Below, one piece after another: positions 39,284 to 48,396 of a stretch of DNA of 64,000 bases. The notes below the pieces were generated by a model. The model worked only from the letters and a program-made list of their open reading frames with translations, was not told the origin of the DNA and searched no databases. Position 1 is the stretch's first letter; every line of letters starts with the position of its first letter. Position numbers and translations under genes: made by a program. The DNA is from a virus: positions 7,639 through 71,638 of IMG/VR virus record IMGVR_UViG_3300045922_001038; one strand, written 5' to 3'.

Positions 39284-40180
39284 ATGACAAAACAAGAAAT
39301 ACTACGTTTGGCTGAATCCAACATGGCATGCAAATGCGGGTTGGAAGCGTTAGAGGAATGGGAAGGCGACTACGTTTCGTTTGCTTTCGCTTACCCCAGT
39401 TACGCGTTCTGGATGCACCGGCACGCACCGGAACTGCTTGGGCCAAGTCAGTTCCGGCGGCTGGCGATTGAAAACCTGGGCACCGCGCTGGACAAACTTG
39501 GCGACGTGATGCCTAGGAAGCTGTTGCTGGAACTGGCCGAGCTTGCCCCCATCGCGGCGGTGGAACGGGTGGGCTACCGGCTTCCAAGGAAAGTCTTGGC
39601 CGGAATCGTAAGGCAGCACACGAAAGAAACGTTGAGGTGCGCAGTGCACCTGTTGCCCGTGGAGCTGCTCGCGGAATTTGCCCTGAAATGCCCCGAGGAG
39701 GCGATGTGGTGCGCAGACCAACTGCCGAAAAGCGTCTTGTTGGAAACCGCACGGAAACACGGGAAATGGGCGGTGCAATACGCAGCGCACTTGTTACCGG
39801 AAAACCTGCTGGACCAATTGGCGGAAAAGTACCCAGTTACCGCCGTCAAGTACGCAACGCACGTGCTGAAGGAACGCGTACTAAGCGAACTGGCACTGAA
39901 ATATCCGGTAGTCACGATCAAGTACGCGATTGAGTGGCTTCCAAGCGCGGTACGGAACGTGATCATACGGGCCAAGCCCATAACCGCGCTGAAGTACGCG
40001 CCTTCTTGGGTGCCGGAAACACTGTTCCGGGAGCTTTCGAGGAGGTACCCACGCACGGTGATAGCTTGGTCGTTGTACCGGGCGGAAAAAAGCGAGTTGC
40101 CACGGCTAATCAAAGGCCATGAAAAACTCGTTTTGAAACGAGCACAAGCCATCTACCAACTTTTGACACCAACCAACTGA
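39284..40180 (+). CDS. Alpha-helical repeat protein, paralog B
   Basis: About ten 23-aa repeats (LP..LL.ELA.KYP.TA.KYA); same N-domain as paralog A. Confidence 0.75.
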   Translation: MTKQEILRLAESNMACKCGLEALEEWEGDYVSFAFAYPSYAFWMHRHAPELLGPSQFRRLAIENLGTALDKLGDVMPRKLLLELAELAPIAAVERVGYRLPRKVLAGIVRQHTKETLRCAVHLLPVELLAEFALKCPEEAMWCADQLPKSVLLETARKHGKWAVQYAAHLLPENLLDQLAEKYPVTAVKYATHVLKERVLSELALKYPVVTIKYAIEWLPSAVRNVIIRAKPITALKYAPSWVPETLFRELSRRYPRTVIAWSLYRAEKSELPRLIKGHEKLVLKRAQAIYQLLTPTN

Positions 40181-40188
40181 AAACCCAT

Positions 40189-40617
40189 ATGGACAAAGTC
40201 AACTTCTTCCGTTACAATCACTTGCGGGTAGACTTATACACGCCTGAATTGGCAAGGGCAAACCCGTCGTACGTGTTTTTCTTTGGGGACAACACGTACC
40301 GGAAAGGCCTCGGCGGACAGGCGTGCATCCGCATGGAATCAAACGCAATCGGGATCATCACCAAGGTGGCACCGTCCGACACGCCGGCATCGTACTTCTA
40401 CGACGAGCACGAACCGTTGTACAAGTGGCTGCTTGAAGCGGAGCACGGACGGATAAGCCGCTTGCTGGACTCAATGCCGCACGTCGACACGCTGGTGTTT
40501 CCAAGCGCCGGTCTAGGCACCGGCCTTGCGGACATGCCGAGACGTTCTCCCAAATGCTACGCGGCATTGCAGGACTTTTTATGGCAAAAGTTCGGGATTG
40601 CGAACGTGGCCAAGTAA
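40189..40617 (+). CDS. Conserved phage protein, macrodomain-like (FxFGDN/GxGGQA)
   Basis: YVFFFGDN...GLGGQA..R...NAIGIITK...FPSAGLGTGLA. Confidence 0.55.
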   Translation: MDKVNFFRYNHLRVDLYTPELARANPSYVFFFGDNTYRKGLGGQACIRMESNAIGIITKVAPSDTPASYFYDEHEPLYKWLLEAEHGRISRLLDSMPHVDTLVFPSAGLGTGLADMPRRSPKCYAALQDFLWQKFGIANVAK

Positions 40618-40685
40618 CCCATTTACTGCTTTGTACAACAAAGGCGTAACAACGAAAGTTGTTGCGCCTTTTAACCCACTTACTT

Positions 40686-41204
40686 ATGACACAACACAAG
40701 TTACGCCAAATCATCAAGCTCCACGCGCACTGGTTCCAAACGAACTGCAAAGACGGGAAACGCGCGGTTTTGAAAGACGTAGAACTGAACCAACTTCAGT
40801 TCACGTATTCCATGCTCACCCAGTCGGTGTTCCAGCGCATGCGGTTTTTGAAGTGCGATTTTAACTGGGGGTACCTAGACCGAAGCGTTCTAGAAAGCAA
40901 TGTGTTTGAAGGCTGTACGTTTAGGTTCTTAAATGCAAAGTCGTGCGAGATCAATAAAACGTCATTTGTGAACTGTACGTTCTTTCAAACTGAGTTTGCA
41001 AACTCACATTTGACGGAAGCTCAGTTTGTCAATTGTAAATTGGTTGATTGCGGATTTGAGAATTGCTTTGTACAAGGGTCGCTTATAGTGGATTCTTGTT
41101 TGTGGCGGTGTGATTTTTCACATTCAATCTTCAATTCGAACACCCTAAAAAACAACGACTTTTTCCAATCAAACCATGGACACGACCAAACTACGGCCGA
41201 TTGA
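40686..41204 (+). CDS. Pentapeptide-repeat protein 1
   Basis: N-cap LRQIIKLHAHW...DGKRA followed by 5-residue F/L periodicity. Confidence 0.85.
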   Translation: MTQHKLRQIIKLHAHWFQTNCKDGKRAVLKDVELNQLQFTYSMLTQSVFQRMRFLKCDFNWGYLDRSVLESNVFEGCTFRFLNAKSCEINKTSFVNCTFFQTEFANSHLTEAQFVNCKLVDCGFENCFVQGSLIVDSCLWRCDFSHSIFNSNTLKNNDFFQSNHGHDQTTAD

Positions 41205-41646
41205 CCCTTTGTACTTCGAGTTCTTGGTAAAACAAGGGGTCTCTTGGTTTTACACTTCAGGGCGTATGGGAAACGGCATTTGCTTGAATGCCATGGATCT
41301 ACGAAAAATGCCCTTTGCCTCCAAACAACTGTGCAAAGCACAGATCGTCAACTGCTGTATGGATTATGTCAACGCAAACAAGGCAGATTTCTACAATGCA
41401 GTGTTCAAAAACGTGTCGTGTTTTGCAATGCAAGCCCAAAATGCCTTGTTCGACAGGGCTAGTTTCAACTCAGTGGACTTTACGGATGCTTCTTTGCCTG
41501 AAGCTGCTTTCCGTGGTGCTCATTTCATTAACGTGAAATTCAATAGAGCTGATTTGCGAAACGCAGACTTTCGTTACGCAAAACTAGAAAACGTCGATTT
41601 TTCTGACGCAGACCTGACAGGAGCAACGTTTGAATTTACCACTTAA
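41176..41646 (+). CDS. Pentapeptide-repeat protein 2
   Basis: ASFNS VDFTD ASLPE AAFRG...ADLRN ADFRY AKLEN VDFSD ADLTG. Confidence 0.9.
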   Translation: MDTTKLRPIDPLYFEFLVKQGVSWFYTSGRMGNGICLNAMDLRKMPFASKQLCKAQIVNCCMDYVNANKADFYNAVFKNVSCFAMQAQNALFDRASFNSVDFTDASLPEAAFRGAHFINVKFNRADLRNADFRYAKLENVDFSDADLTGATFEFTT

Positions 41647-41667
41647 TTAACCCAAACAAACCAAGAA

Positions 41668-42210
41668 GTGGAAATTTGGACAAATCCAACTGCGGAAGAA
41701 ATTAAAATTCCTCGAATGCTCGTAACAGACAAATCGGGCGATGAAAAAAGCATAGTGTTGCAATTTGACGAGATAAACTCTAGTCAAATTAGTGCTTTGC
41801 TTTCCGACTTCGCACGTTCCAAGTATGCAGATTTGTATACAAGGAATGAAGATTGGTACGAAAAACAGCCGCTTACACATAAACGGCAATCATTTTTTGT
41901 ACTAAAACTACTTACATTTTACCCGTACCGCATGGAAACTCCTGAGTTTGTAACAGACGAAAACTTAAACATCTTCTTTGAAAAGTTCAGAAAAGATGTT
42001 GAAAACGCTGGTGAGGATACTTTTCTTGTTTTTAGCAACTTTGTACGTCAAGTTCAAAATCTGATACAAAAATCAATTGACTTGACACAAGATACAGAAA
42101 ACGAGAAAAACGTTGAAATGCTTTGGTTAAGGGAAGCATGCAAAATACTAAGCGTAGAGCGGAAACTTTTCAGTTTAGTACGGAGCTGTTTTATTACAAC
42201 CTTACGGTAA
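41668..42210 (+). CDS. Hypothetical protein inserted in the pentapeptide cluster
   Basis: 180-aa AT-rich ORF, GTG start. Confidence 0.55.
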   Translation: MEIWTNPTAEEIKIPRMLVTDKSGDEKSIVLQFDEINSSQISALLSDFARSKYADLYTRNEDWYEKQPLTHKRQSFFVLKLLTFYPYRMETPEFVTDENLNIFFEKFRKDVENAGEDTFLVFSNFVRQVQNLIQKSIDLTQDTENEKNVEMLWLREACKILSVERKLFSLVRSCFITTLR

Positions 42211-42302
42211 AAGGCAACTTTTACAATAAGGTAAAACAAGCTATCGACGTAATAGAGCCGTATAAAAACCTTTCGGCTTTGAACAAACAGTAACGAAGGT
42301 GT

Positions 42303-42336
42303 AAAAAGGAAGTTTAGGAAACTGAACTTCCTTTTT
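42303..42336 (+). terminator. Bidirectional intrinsic terminator
   Basis: AAAAAGGAAGTTTAG-GAAA-CTGAACTTCCTTTTT. Confidence 0.75.
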
Positions 42337-42412
42337 GATTGTCTCCTGTATCAAAAGGGAATTTTAATTTTTTCAAACCAACAAAACCACTTTTACCCCT
42401 CTTTTTACCACA

Positions 42413-43258
42413 ATGGAACACTCCAATCGGACAATGTTTGATGGGATGCGCTTTGCAAACTACGACTTTACAGGCATGAACCTAGAAGCTTCCAGCTTCC
42501 GTGGGGCTGTGCTAGACAACTGCAATTTCCGTTACGTTGACCTGAAAGGCGCGAACTTTTCCAATTCGGTAATCGAGAACTGCGATTTCTCGTTTGCCTA
42601 TATGGAAGAGGCGAATTTGGAATTCAGCCGGCTGCTAAACAGCCAGTTTTACGGAACCAACTTCAAGTCTGCGCTCTTTACGGGAGCCCATGGAAAGACT
42701 TCGCGGTTCAAGGACGCGCAATTCCGCAATGCAACGAACGTAAGCGACGGCATTTGGTACCAGTACCATTTGACCACCGGCCAAACCACCCCGGAAGTGG
42801 TCGAATCGATACTGGAACGACACGCAAAATGGATAGCCACCGGCGGAAAACACGGACGGAAAGCCGACTTCCACAAGATGCACTTGGGGAAAACCGACTT
42901 TTCCGGGCTGAACTTGGATTTTGCCGACTTTTCCCACGCAAAACTGGGGCTGGCAAACTTTGAAAACTGCTCGCTCGAGAAGGCGGAGTTTATAAACGCG
43001 ACCTTGATCGGTACCAACTTCAAGGGCGCGCACCTCAAGGAAACTTCGTTTTTGAATGCAGTGGCAGGAAACGCGAACTTCAGGAAGGCTACGTTGAAAG
43101 GCGCCAGGTTTTTGTTTGCAGTGCTTGACCTATGCGATTTCACCGATGCGGACTTGACGGAAGCGTTGTTTTTGGAAAGCAGCCTGGTAGGGTCATGCCT
43201 GACCAGGGCAAAGACCGATGGAAGCAAGTTTTCGTCCATAATTGGGATCACCGTCTAA
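42413..43258 (+). CDS. Pentapeptide-repeat protein 3 (two fused modules)
   Basis: Two repeat tracts separated by an internal cap VESILERHAKWIATGGKHGRKADF. Confidence 0.9.
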   Translation: MEHSNRTMFDGMRFANYDFTGMNLEASSFRGAVLDNCNFRYVDLKGANFSNSVIENCDFSFAYMEEANLEFSRLLNSQFYGTNFKSALFTGAHGKTSRFKDAQFRNATNVSDGIWYQYHLTTGQTTPEVVESILERHAKWIATGGKHGRKADFHKMHLGKTDFSGLNLDFADFSHAKLGLANFENCSLEKAEFINATLIGTNFKGAHLKETSFLNAVAGNANFRKATLKGARFLFAVLDLCDFTDADLTEALFLESSLVGSCLTRAKTDGSKFSSIIGITV

Positions 43259-43273
43259 TTGCGCATTGAACCT

Positions 43274-43792
43274 ATGCTAACAGTCGACCAAATAGACCAG
43301 ATGTGCAACGACCACTTGGTTTGGTTGTTGAGCAAGAAAGCCAAGGGCACCCGGGCCGATTTTACAGGCGCGTCGCTTGTAAACTTCAACTTCAGCGGGT
43401 TGAATCTGTCCGAGGCCGTGTTCGACTACGCTAACCTAGAGGGAGCGTCGTTTGAGCACGCCCTTTTGAAAAACGCAACGTTCGTGGCTTGCAAACTCAA
43501 GAAAGCCGAATTCATGGGCGCCGACCTGAAGGGGGCGAACATGTCGTATTCGGACGTACGGGATGCCGATTTCACGGACGCCAACTTGTACAAAGCCAAG
43601 CTTGCCTGTTGCCAAATGGCGCGGGCAAGCTTTGTGCGGACGCAGCTGTCGTACGCAACCTTTGCAAACTCGGCTTTGCTGCGCACGAAGTTTGAGGGCT
43701 CGGTGTTCTACCGCACCCAATTGACCGGGATGACCGACGCGGGCTTGCCGATAACGCCTGACCAAGTCAAAGAACTGGCCGTGTACGTTTAA
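43274..43792 (+). CDS. Pentapeptide-repeat protein 4
   Basis: Cap IDQMCNDHLVWL...GTRADF followed by A(D/N)LxG repeats. Confidence 0.9.
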   Translation: MLTVDQIDQMCNDHLVWLLSKKAKGTRADFTGASLVNFNFSGLNLSEAVFDYANLEGASFEHALLKNATFVACKLKKAEFMGADLKGANMSYSDVRDADFTDANLYKAKLACCQMARASFVRTQLSYATFANSALLRTKFEGSVFYRTQLTGMTDAGLPITPDQVKELAVYV

Positions 43793-43803
43793 CTTTTCCA
43801 ACC

Positions 43804-44580
43804 ATGACCCAAACCGAATTAAACCAAGTACTTGAAAACCACCGCCTTTGGCTTGAATCAAATGGCCAATCCGGGATACGCGCCGATTTTAGGCGCGTAA
43901 CGCTGCACAACGTTACCATGCACCAGCCCGTGCTCACCGGAGCGTGGGTAGAGGGGTTGAGCGTGTACAACAGCGTGCTGGACCGGGCAAGCTTCGAAGG
44001 CGTGGAGTTGGCCAACGTGAAATTGCACGACGTGGAGATGTACCAAACGTCGTTCAAGGGTGCAAAGCTCGAACGAATGGTAGTGGCGGATTCATACTTT
44101 GCGGACTCGGATTTCACCGACGCGCAAATTGATTGCCTCGTGATGTACAACTGCAACCTCGAAAACGCGTTGTTGTACAAAACCGTTTGCGCGAACAGCA
44201 AGCTGGAGGAGGTTAACCTGTCCCAGTCTTCGTTGATGCACATTGAATTCGACCACGTGGCATTCCACTACGTCCAATTCGACGGTTCGAACTGGCTTAA
44301 GGCGCAAATGTCCAGCTCCAAGTTGTATGCGTGCTCGTTTGCGGAAAGCAGGTTCCACCATTCAAATTTTGTGGACACTTGGGCCACGAAGACCACGTTG
44401 AAAAACGCCTCCGTTTCAGGCGGCAAATGGTCGAAGTGCGTGCTGTGGAAATGCGGTTTCAATGAGGCCAGCTTCCAGCAGACTGTGTTTGACCAGGTGG
44501 AAATGCGCGATTGCGATTTCACAAACGCAAGCGTGATGCACACCGTGTGGGAAACAAGTCATCTGGAAAACAGCCTGTAA
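43804..44580 (+). CDS. Pentapeptide-repeat protein 5
   Basis: Cap LNQVLENHRLWLESNGQSGIRADF followed by a long pentapeptide tract. Confidence 0.9.
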   Translation: MTQTELNQVLENHRLWLESNGQSGIRADFRRVTLHNVTMHQPVLTGAWVEGLSVYNSVLDRASFEGVELANVKLHDVEMYQTSFKGAKLERMVVADSYFADSDFTDAQIDCLVMYNCNLENALLYKTVCANSKLEEVNLSQSSLMHIEFDHVAFHYVQFDGSNWLKAQMSSSKLYACSFAESRFHHSNFVDTWATKTTLKNASVSGGKWSKCVLWKCGFNEASFQQTVFDQVEMRDCDFTNASVMHTVWETSHLENSL

Positions 44581-45107
44581 CCGATTTGGGCTTGGTGATG
44601 GCGGGACGTGGGGAAATATGAGTAGCCAAAGGTTACCCTGCCCACGCTCCCGCCCATGCCAGCCCCGAAAGAACCGGGCGTCTGGAAAACCGCGCTGGCG
44701 TGGAACGTTAGTTTTGGGTCTTTTACTACCTGCACCGTTTCCCGTCTTATAATGGTTTGCGTAGGCAAGTTCAGACGGTAAGAAAGGTCGGACGATAACA
44801 AAATACCCCTAACTTGGACATTCCCTTGAATGGAAAGCGTGTCGTTGTGGCGGTGCAACGCGTACTCGCGTACGCTGTCCGCTATCTCGACTAGCCGCTC
44901 AATGGTATATTCGACCGTGTCGCGGTAAGCCCTGACCAAAGCGTACGGTTTCAAGATCGTGTCGCGGACTTCGACCCGGGATACCACGGTATCGGTGGTG
45001 TGCGTGGTCAAGTAACGAACCCCTTGCTTGGGGTTCACCACAAAAAATGCCCCCACTACAACCCCAAAAACAAAGATGATCAAGCTTTTTACAAACGCGT
45101 TAGCCAT
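44559..45107 (-). CDS. Membrane-anchored lysis accessory (spanin-like) protein
   Basis: Start MANAFVKS; N-terminal TM helix, DTV-rich stalk, C-terminal beta strands ending IGYRLF; at the end of the lysis cassette. Confidence 0.55.
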   Translation of the reverse strand: MANAFVKSLIIFVFGVVVGAFFVVNPKQGVRYLTTHTTDTVVSRVEVRDTILKPYALVRAYRDTVEYTIERLVEIADSVREYALHRHNDTLSIQGNVQVRGILLSSDLSYRLNLPTQTIIRRETVQVVKDPKLTFHASAVFQTPGSFGAGMGGSVGRVTFGYSYFPTSRHHQAQIGYRLFSR

Positions 45108-45558
45108 TTTCGTGTTGTTTTGCTGTTTGTCGAATTGGTGTGCCGAAGAGTCCAAGCCAACCGCCCACAAATTGGACGGGGTAAAAAGGCAACACGCCGC
45201 ACGCTCCGTTATGGACTTGCCTTACGTTTTGTTCGACCATGGGCTTTCCACCCAATACGGCTGGTGCGCGGTGTTTGAGACTGGCTGGAGGCGGTTGCCA
45301 AGCTACCCGCACAACTGGTTTGGCTTGTCTGACGCCAACGGGGTCCCATTCCACTACCGCTCAATCGAACACTGCATCGAAAACCTGAAGGCGATTGGGG
45401 TTGACTCCGTTTCAACTGTGTCCGAATTGTTCAGGTGGATGCAGTCGAAAAATTGGAACCCATACCCCGGGTATTACAAGTGGTGCTCCCAAGTGGTGCA
45501 GGACAACCCTTACGATTTTGCGGCGGTCGTACAAAACGCAGACAAATACGCACAATGA
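45076..45558 (+). CDS. Signal-anchored glucosaminidase/lysozyme-like muralytic enzyme (GH73-like)
   Basis: N-terminal hydrophobic segment; AVFETGW...HNWFGL...Y.SIE.CI...WNP.PGY pattern. Confidence 0.55.
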   Translation: MIKLFTNALAIFVLFCCLSNWCAEESKPTAHKLDGVKRQHAARSVMDLPYVLFDHGLSTQYGWCAVFETGWRRLPSYPHNWFGLSDANGVPFHYRSIEHCIENLKAIGVDSVSTVSELFRWMQSKNWNPYPGYYKWCSQVVQDNPYDFAAVVQNADKYAQ

Positions 45559-45571
45559 GCCTGACTTGGGC

Positions 45572-45829
45572 TTATTGTTTCAACTTTGACTTGACGTATT
45601 TGACTACCAACGAGTAAAACCCAGTGGAAACCAAAACATTGGTCAACAGCGGTTCCAGCCCAACGCCAAATGCGGTATACCACAACACGCCTAGGATTGC
45701 GCCTGTACATATGGCCACGACGCGGGACTGCACGTGATTTTCGCGCACCACGGTAAGGGCCAGCACAAGCTCGGTGCAGCTGATGTGGGCAAAAATGAAG
45801 CTTAGGTTGAGGAAATCGAGCATGTTCAT
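45572..45829 (-). CDS. Holin-like membrane protein
   Basis: 85 aa, three hydrophobic segments, basic C-tail; ATGA overlap with the amidase stop. Confidence 0.6.
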   Translation of the reverse strand: MNMLDFLNLSFIFAHISCTELVLALTVVRENHVQSRVVAICTGAILGVLWYTAFGVGLEPLLTNVLVSTGFYSLVVKYVKSKLKQ

Positions 45830-46416
45830 TTGAGTAGCGATTCCGCGATTAAGTAAGCGACTTGGTCTTTTTTGGCGCGGTAGGCCTTGAGGTTGTGCGC
45901 GTTCAGGAAACACACCTCCAGCAGGATCATGCTGGGCAACGTGCGGTCTAGTATACCCAAGGACCGGTGCTGGGACTCGTTGGGGTACTTGTAGTCTCGC
46001 GTGGGGACAGAACGCCGGATCGGGATGCCCAGTATGCTGGCGATTTGCACCGCCATCCAAGTAGCGCGCGTCTTGTTCGTTTCGTTGGTGTACGGGTTCA
46101 CGAACACCTCGACCCCGGATGCGGTAGGATGGTTGAAGTTGAAGTGGATGTCGACTCCAACGGCGTCCTTGGCCTTAGGGAGCGCGTTCACTTGCGCTAT
46201 GGTTTGCGCGAGCTTGTCGCTGTCCCGGTCCGTTACGATGGTCAATTCGAGCGTGTTGAAGCGTTGCATGGATTGCTTCATCTGTTGCAAGTGCAGGACG
46301 ACTGTATCGCGGAGGTCCTTGGTGAGGTCTGCCTCTTTGGTGCCGTCGTAGGCGATTGCCCCCGGGTCGCCGGCTTGGTCGTGCCCGGCCAAAACGATCA
46401 CTGTCTTACTTTGCAT
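45826..46416 (-). CDS. N-acetylmuramoyl-L-alanine amidase endolysin (Amidase_3)
   Basis: AGH...DPGA...E, IHFN, ASGVEV, LLEVCFL zinc-amidase motifs. Confidence 0.9.
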   Translation of the reverse strand: MQSKTVIVLAGHDQAGDPGAIAYDGTKEADLTKDLRDTVVLHLQQMKQSMQRFNTLELTIVTDRDSDKLAQTIAQVNALPKAKDAVGVDIHFNFNHPTASGVEVFVNPYTNETNKTRATWMAVQIASILGIPIRRSVPTRDYKYPNESQHRSLGILDRTLPSMILLEVCFLNAHNLKAYRAKKDQVAYLIAESLLK

Positions 46417-46729
46417 TGCTGACTTCGATTTTAGTGCGGAGTTCAATTAACAAGTCCCGTATCTGCCTCATGTCGGAGTCCAGTTCGGCGCCGCGGTTTT
46501 TTGAGTCGGCTATGTGTTGCATCATTAACGTCTCCAGTTTCGACAGCCCTTCCTCTTGGGCGGCGTATCGGTCGTGGTTACGTTTTTCGCTGTGCTCTTG
46601 CCGGGCCTCTAACCGTACAAAGCGAGCGATTGCATAGGCAATCGCGCCTAAAAGTGCTACAGTTTGGCTTAACAGCCAGAGTACTACGCCTTCAGTGATC
46701 ATACGTTTTGGATCAAGCGCACTAGACAA
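46406..46729 (-). CDS. Membrane-anchored coiled-coil protein (holin-like)
   Basis: One TM helix then coiled coil; directly upstream of the endolysin. Confidence 0.55.
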   Translation of the reverse strand: MSSALDPKRMITEGVVLWLLSQTVALLGAIAYAIARFVRLEARQEHSEKRNHDRYAAQEEGLSKLETLMMQHIADSKNRGAELDSDMRQIRDLLIELRTKIEVSNAK

Positions 46730-47631
46730 GGTTGGCCGTAGTTCAAATAGCCGACGGCGTGGACGGCGTCAACCACGCTTCCATCCGACGAGGTAAAACA
46801 CAGTTCCCTCCCGTCCATGTACAGCACGCCATGCCGGTAGTTGCCAGAAATCGGGTAAGGGTACATAAACTGCGCCTGCACCGCCCAAGGGTGGTCAAGC
46901 CAGATAGTGCCAGTAGTGTTGTCAAACCCGTGCAAGACCCCCAGTATGGGAGGCTGCTTAATGGCTTCCGTAATTCCGTAAACGTCCACTGCAAACTGGG
47001 CTTCCACGATGGTACCGTCGGGTACCGGAAGCGCATGCTTCACGTACCCGGCCAAGCCCGGTCCGCCTTGTGGCACCGAGTGGATGATCGTGAGCAGCAG
47101 CCCGTCTTTGATCAAGGTTAAGTAATCCCCGGCAACTGCGTCCAAATGGGCCATTACCTCCAAAACCACGTCCTCGGTGTTTCCAGTGGGTGGATAATCC
47201 ACGGCAGTGAGCGACACGGTCCCTACTTCCGGGACAAACACCTCGACGCTGGATGGGGTGGCCTGCAACGGGTCTTGCACTTCCGAGATCCACCAGCTGT
47301 CCCCTCCATAGTCTAAGTCAAGTACACCAAAATCAAACGAGATTTGGTGTTGCACCGGGTTGGCCAGTATGTCATAGTACGCAGGCTTAATCTCCCCGGC
47401 GGCTTCATCCCAAACCACGGGCTTCCCGACGTGGTAGTCTTCCCACGCGTAGTAGTTGGATGCAAAGCTAACCTTTGACGTGTCCGATACCAAGACCGAA
47501 GGTTTGAAGTCGGCTTCGTTCGCGGTTACAAAAGCTTCGTAATCGCTTTCGTCATTAAACGAGGCGATCAAAATGCCTGAATCATCGTACACTTCGTACG
47601 ACCCAGCGTCGTTGATTACTGTGTGGTACAT
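46699..47631 (-). CDS. Acidic hypothetical virion-type protein
   Basis: Start MYHTVIN (TAATG overlap); about 310 aa, beta-rich and acidic. Confidence 0.55.
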   Translation of the reverse strand: MYHTVINDAGSYEVYDDSGILIASFNDESDYEAFVTANEADFKPSVLVSDTSKVSFASNYYAWEDYHVGKPVVWDEAAGEIKPAYYDILANPVQHQISFDFGVLDLDYGGDSWWISEVQDPLQATPSSVEVFVPEVGTVSLTAVDYPPTGNTEDVVLEVMAHLDAVAGDYLTLIKDGLLLTIIHSVPQGGPGLAGYVKHALPVPDGTIVEAQFAVDVYGITEAIKQPPILGVLHGFDNTTGTIWLDHPWAVQAQFMYPYPISGNYRHGVLYMDGRELCFTSSDGSVVDAVHAVGYLNYGQPCLVRLIQNV

Positions 47632-48338
47632 TAGGCAAAAGTCAAAAAAGCGGATACTAAGTTTGTGTACGGCCCATACGCGAGTGTGCTTGGCAAGCTG
47701 GCAAACGGCGAAGTTACCGGGGAAGAAATTTGGTTGGCGTAAACTGTGCAAAACCCAGTTGGCTCCAGCACTGTGTGGTGGTGGCCGCTGTCAAATCTCT
47801 TAATCGCAAGCCCAACTGACAGTGCATTGCAGTTAAGGGCCAGATAGTACAGCTTCCCTTGTTCAAACGGCACGTTTGCGGTGGTAACTACAAGCCCAGG
47901 CGTATTTGCGGCAACCACGTTCCCTACATGCAGCGCGTTCATTGGGCGAAGATTTACTGGGTCGGCGTCAAACCACCCAATGCGGATTTGAACGGGAACT
48001 ACGTTGGTGCGCAAGACGCCAATGTTGACTATAGTCGTGTGGTTTGGGTTGCCGGTAGACACGTAGTACGGAAAATACATAACTCGGTTTGGTTGGGGGT
48101 ACGCCGCGTTTCCATAGCCCCCTGTAGAGTGGCAAACCAAAGGTATCCCGGTAAGCAGCACGGGTTTGAACGTAGCGGAAGCACGCTGTTGGTTTGCCAA
48201 AGTTTCTGTTTCGGTGGACCCGCCCAATGGCACGACGGCTTGGTTTGGCAACTGCAAATACGGCTTGCCATTGCGCTGGAAGTAAAAACCACCGTTGATA
48301 GGGGTTTTGGCTTGTGGAAGTGTGGTTGGCTGGCTCAT
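47631..48338 (-). CDS. Putative fibre/receptor-binding type protein
   Basis: 235 aa beta-sandwich-like (IRIGWFD...P...L, LYYLAL). Confidence 0.5.
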   Translation of the reverse strand: MSQPTTLPQAKTPINGGFYFQRNGKPYLQLPNQAVVPLGGSTETETLANQQRASATFKPVLLTGIPLVCHSTGGYGNAAYPQPNRVMYFPYYVSTGNPNHTTIVNIGVLRTNVVPVQIRIGWFDADPVNLRPMNALHVGNVVAANTPGLVVTTANVPFEQGKLYYLALNCNALSVGLAIKRFDSGHHHTVLEPTGFCTVYANQISSPVTSPFASLPSTLAYGPYTNLVSAFLTFA

Positions 48339-48396
48339 GGCTTAGATTGATTGCTCCTTTTCCTTTCTTTGCCTTGGCTTACTTAATGACTGACCC

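Noticed and set aside
40686-44580. Diversity-generating retroelement behind the paralog arrays
   Set aside because: No reverse transcriptase and no near-identical template/variable repeat pair differing at adenines were seen.
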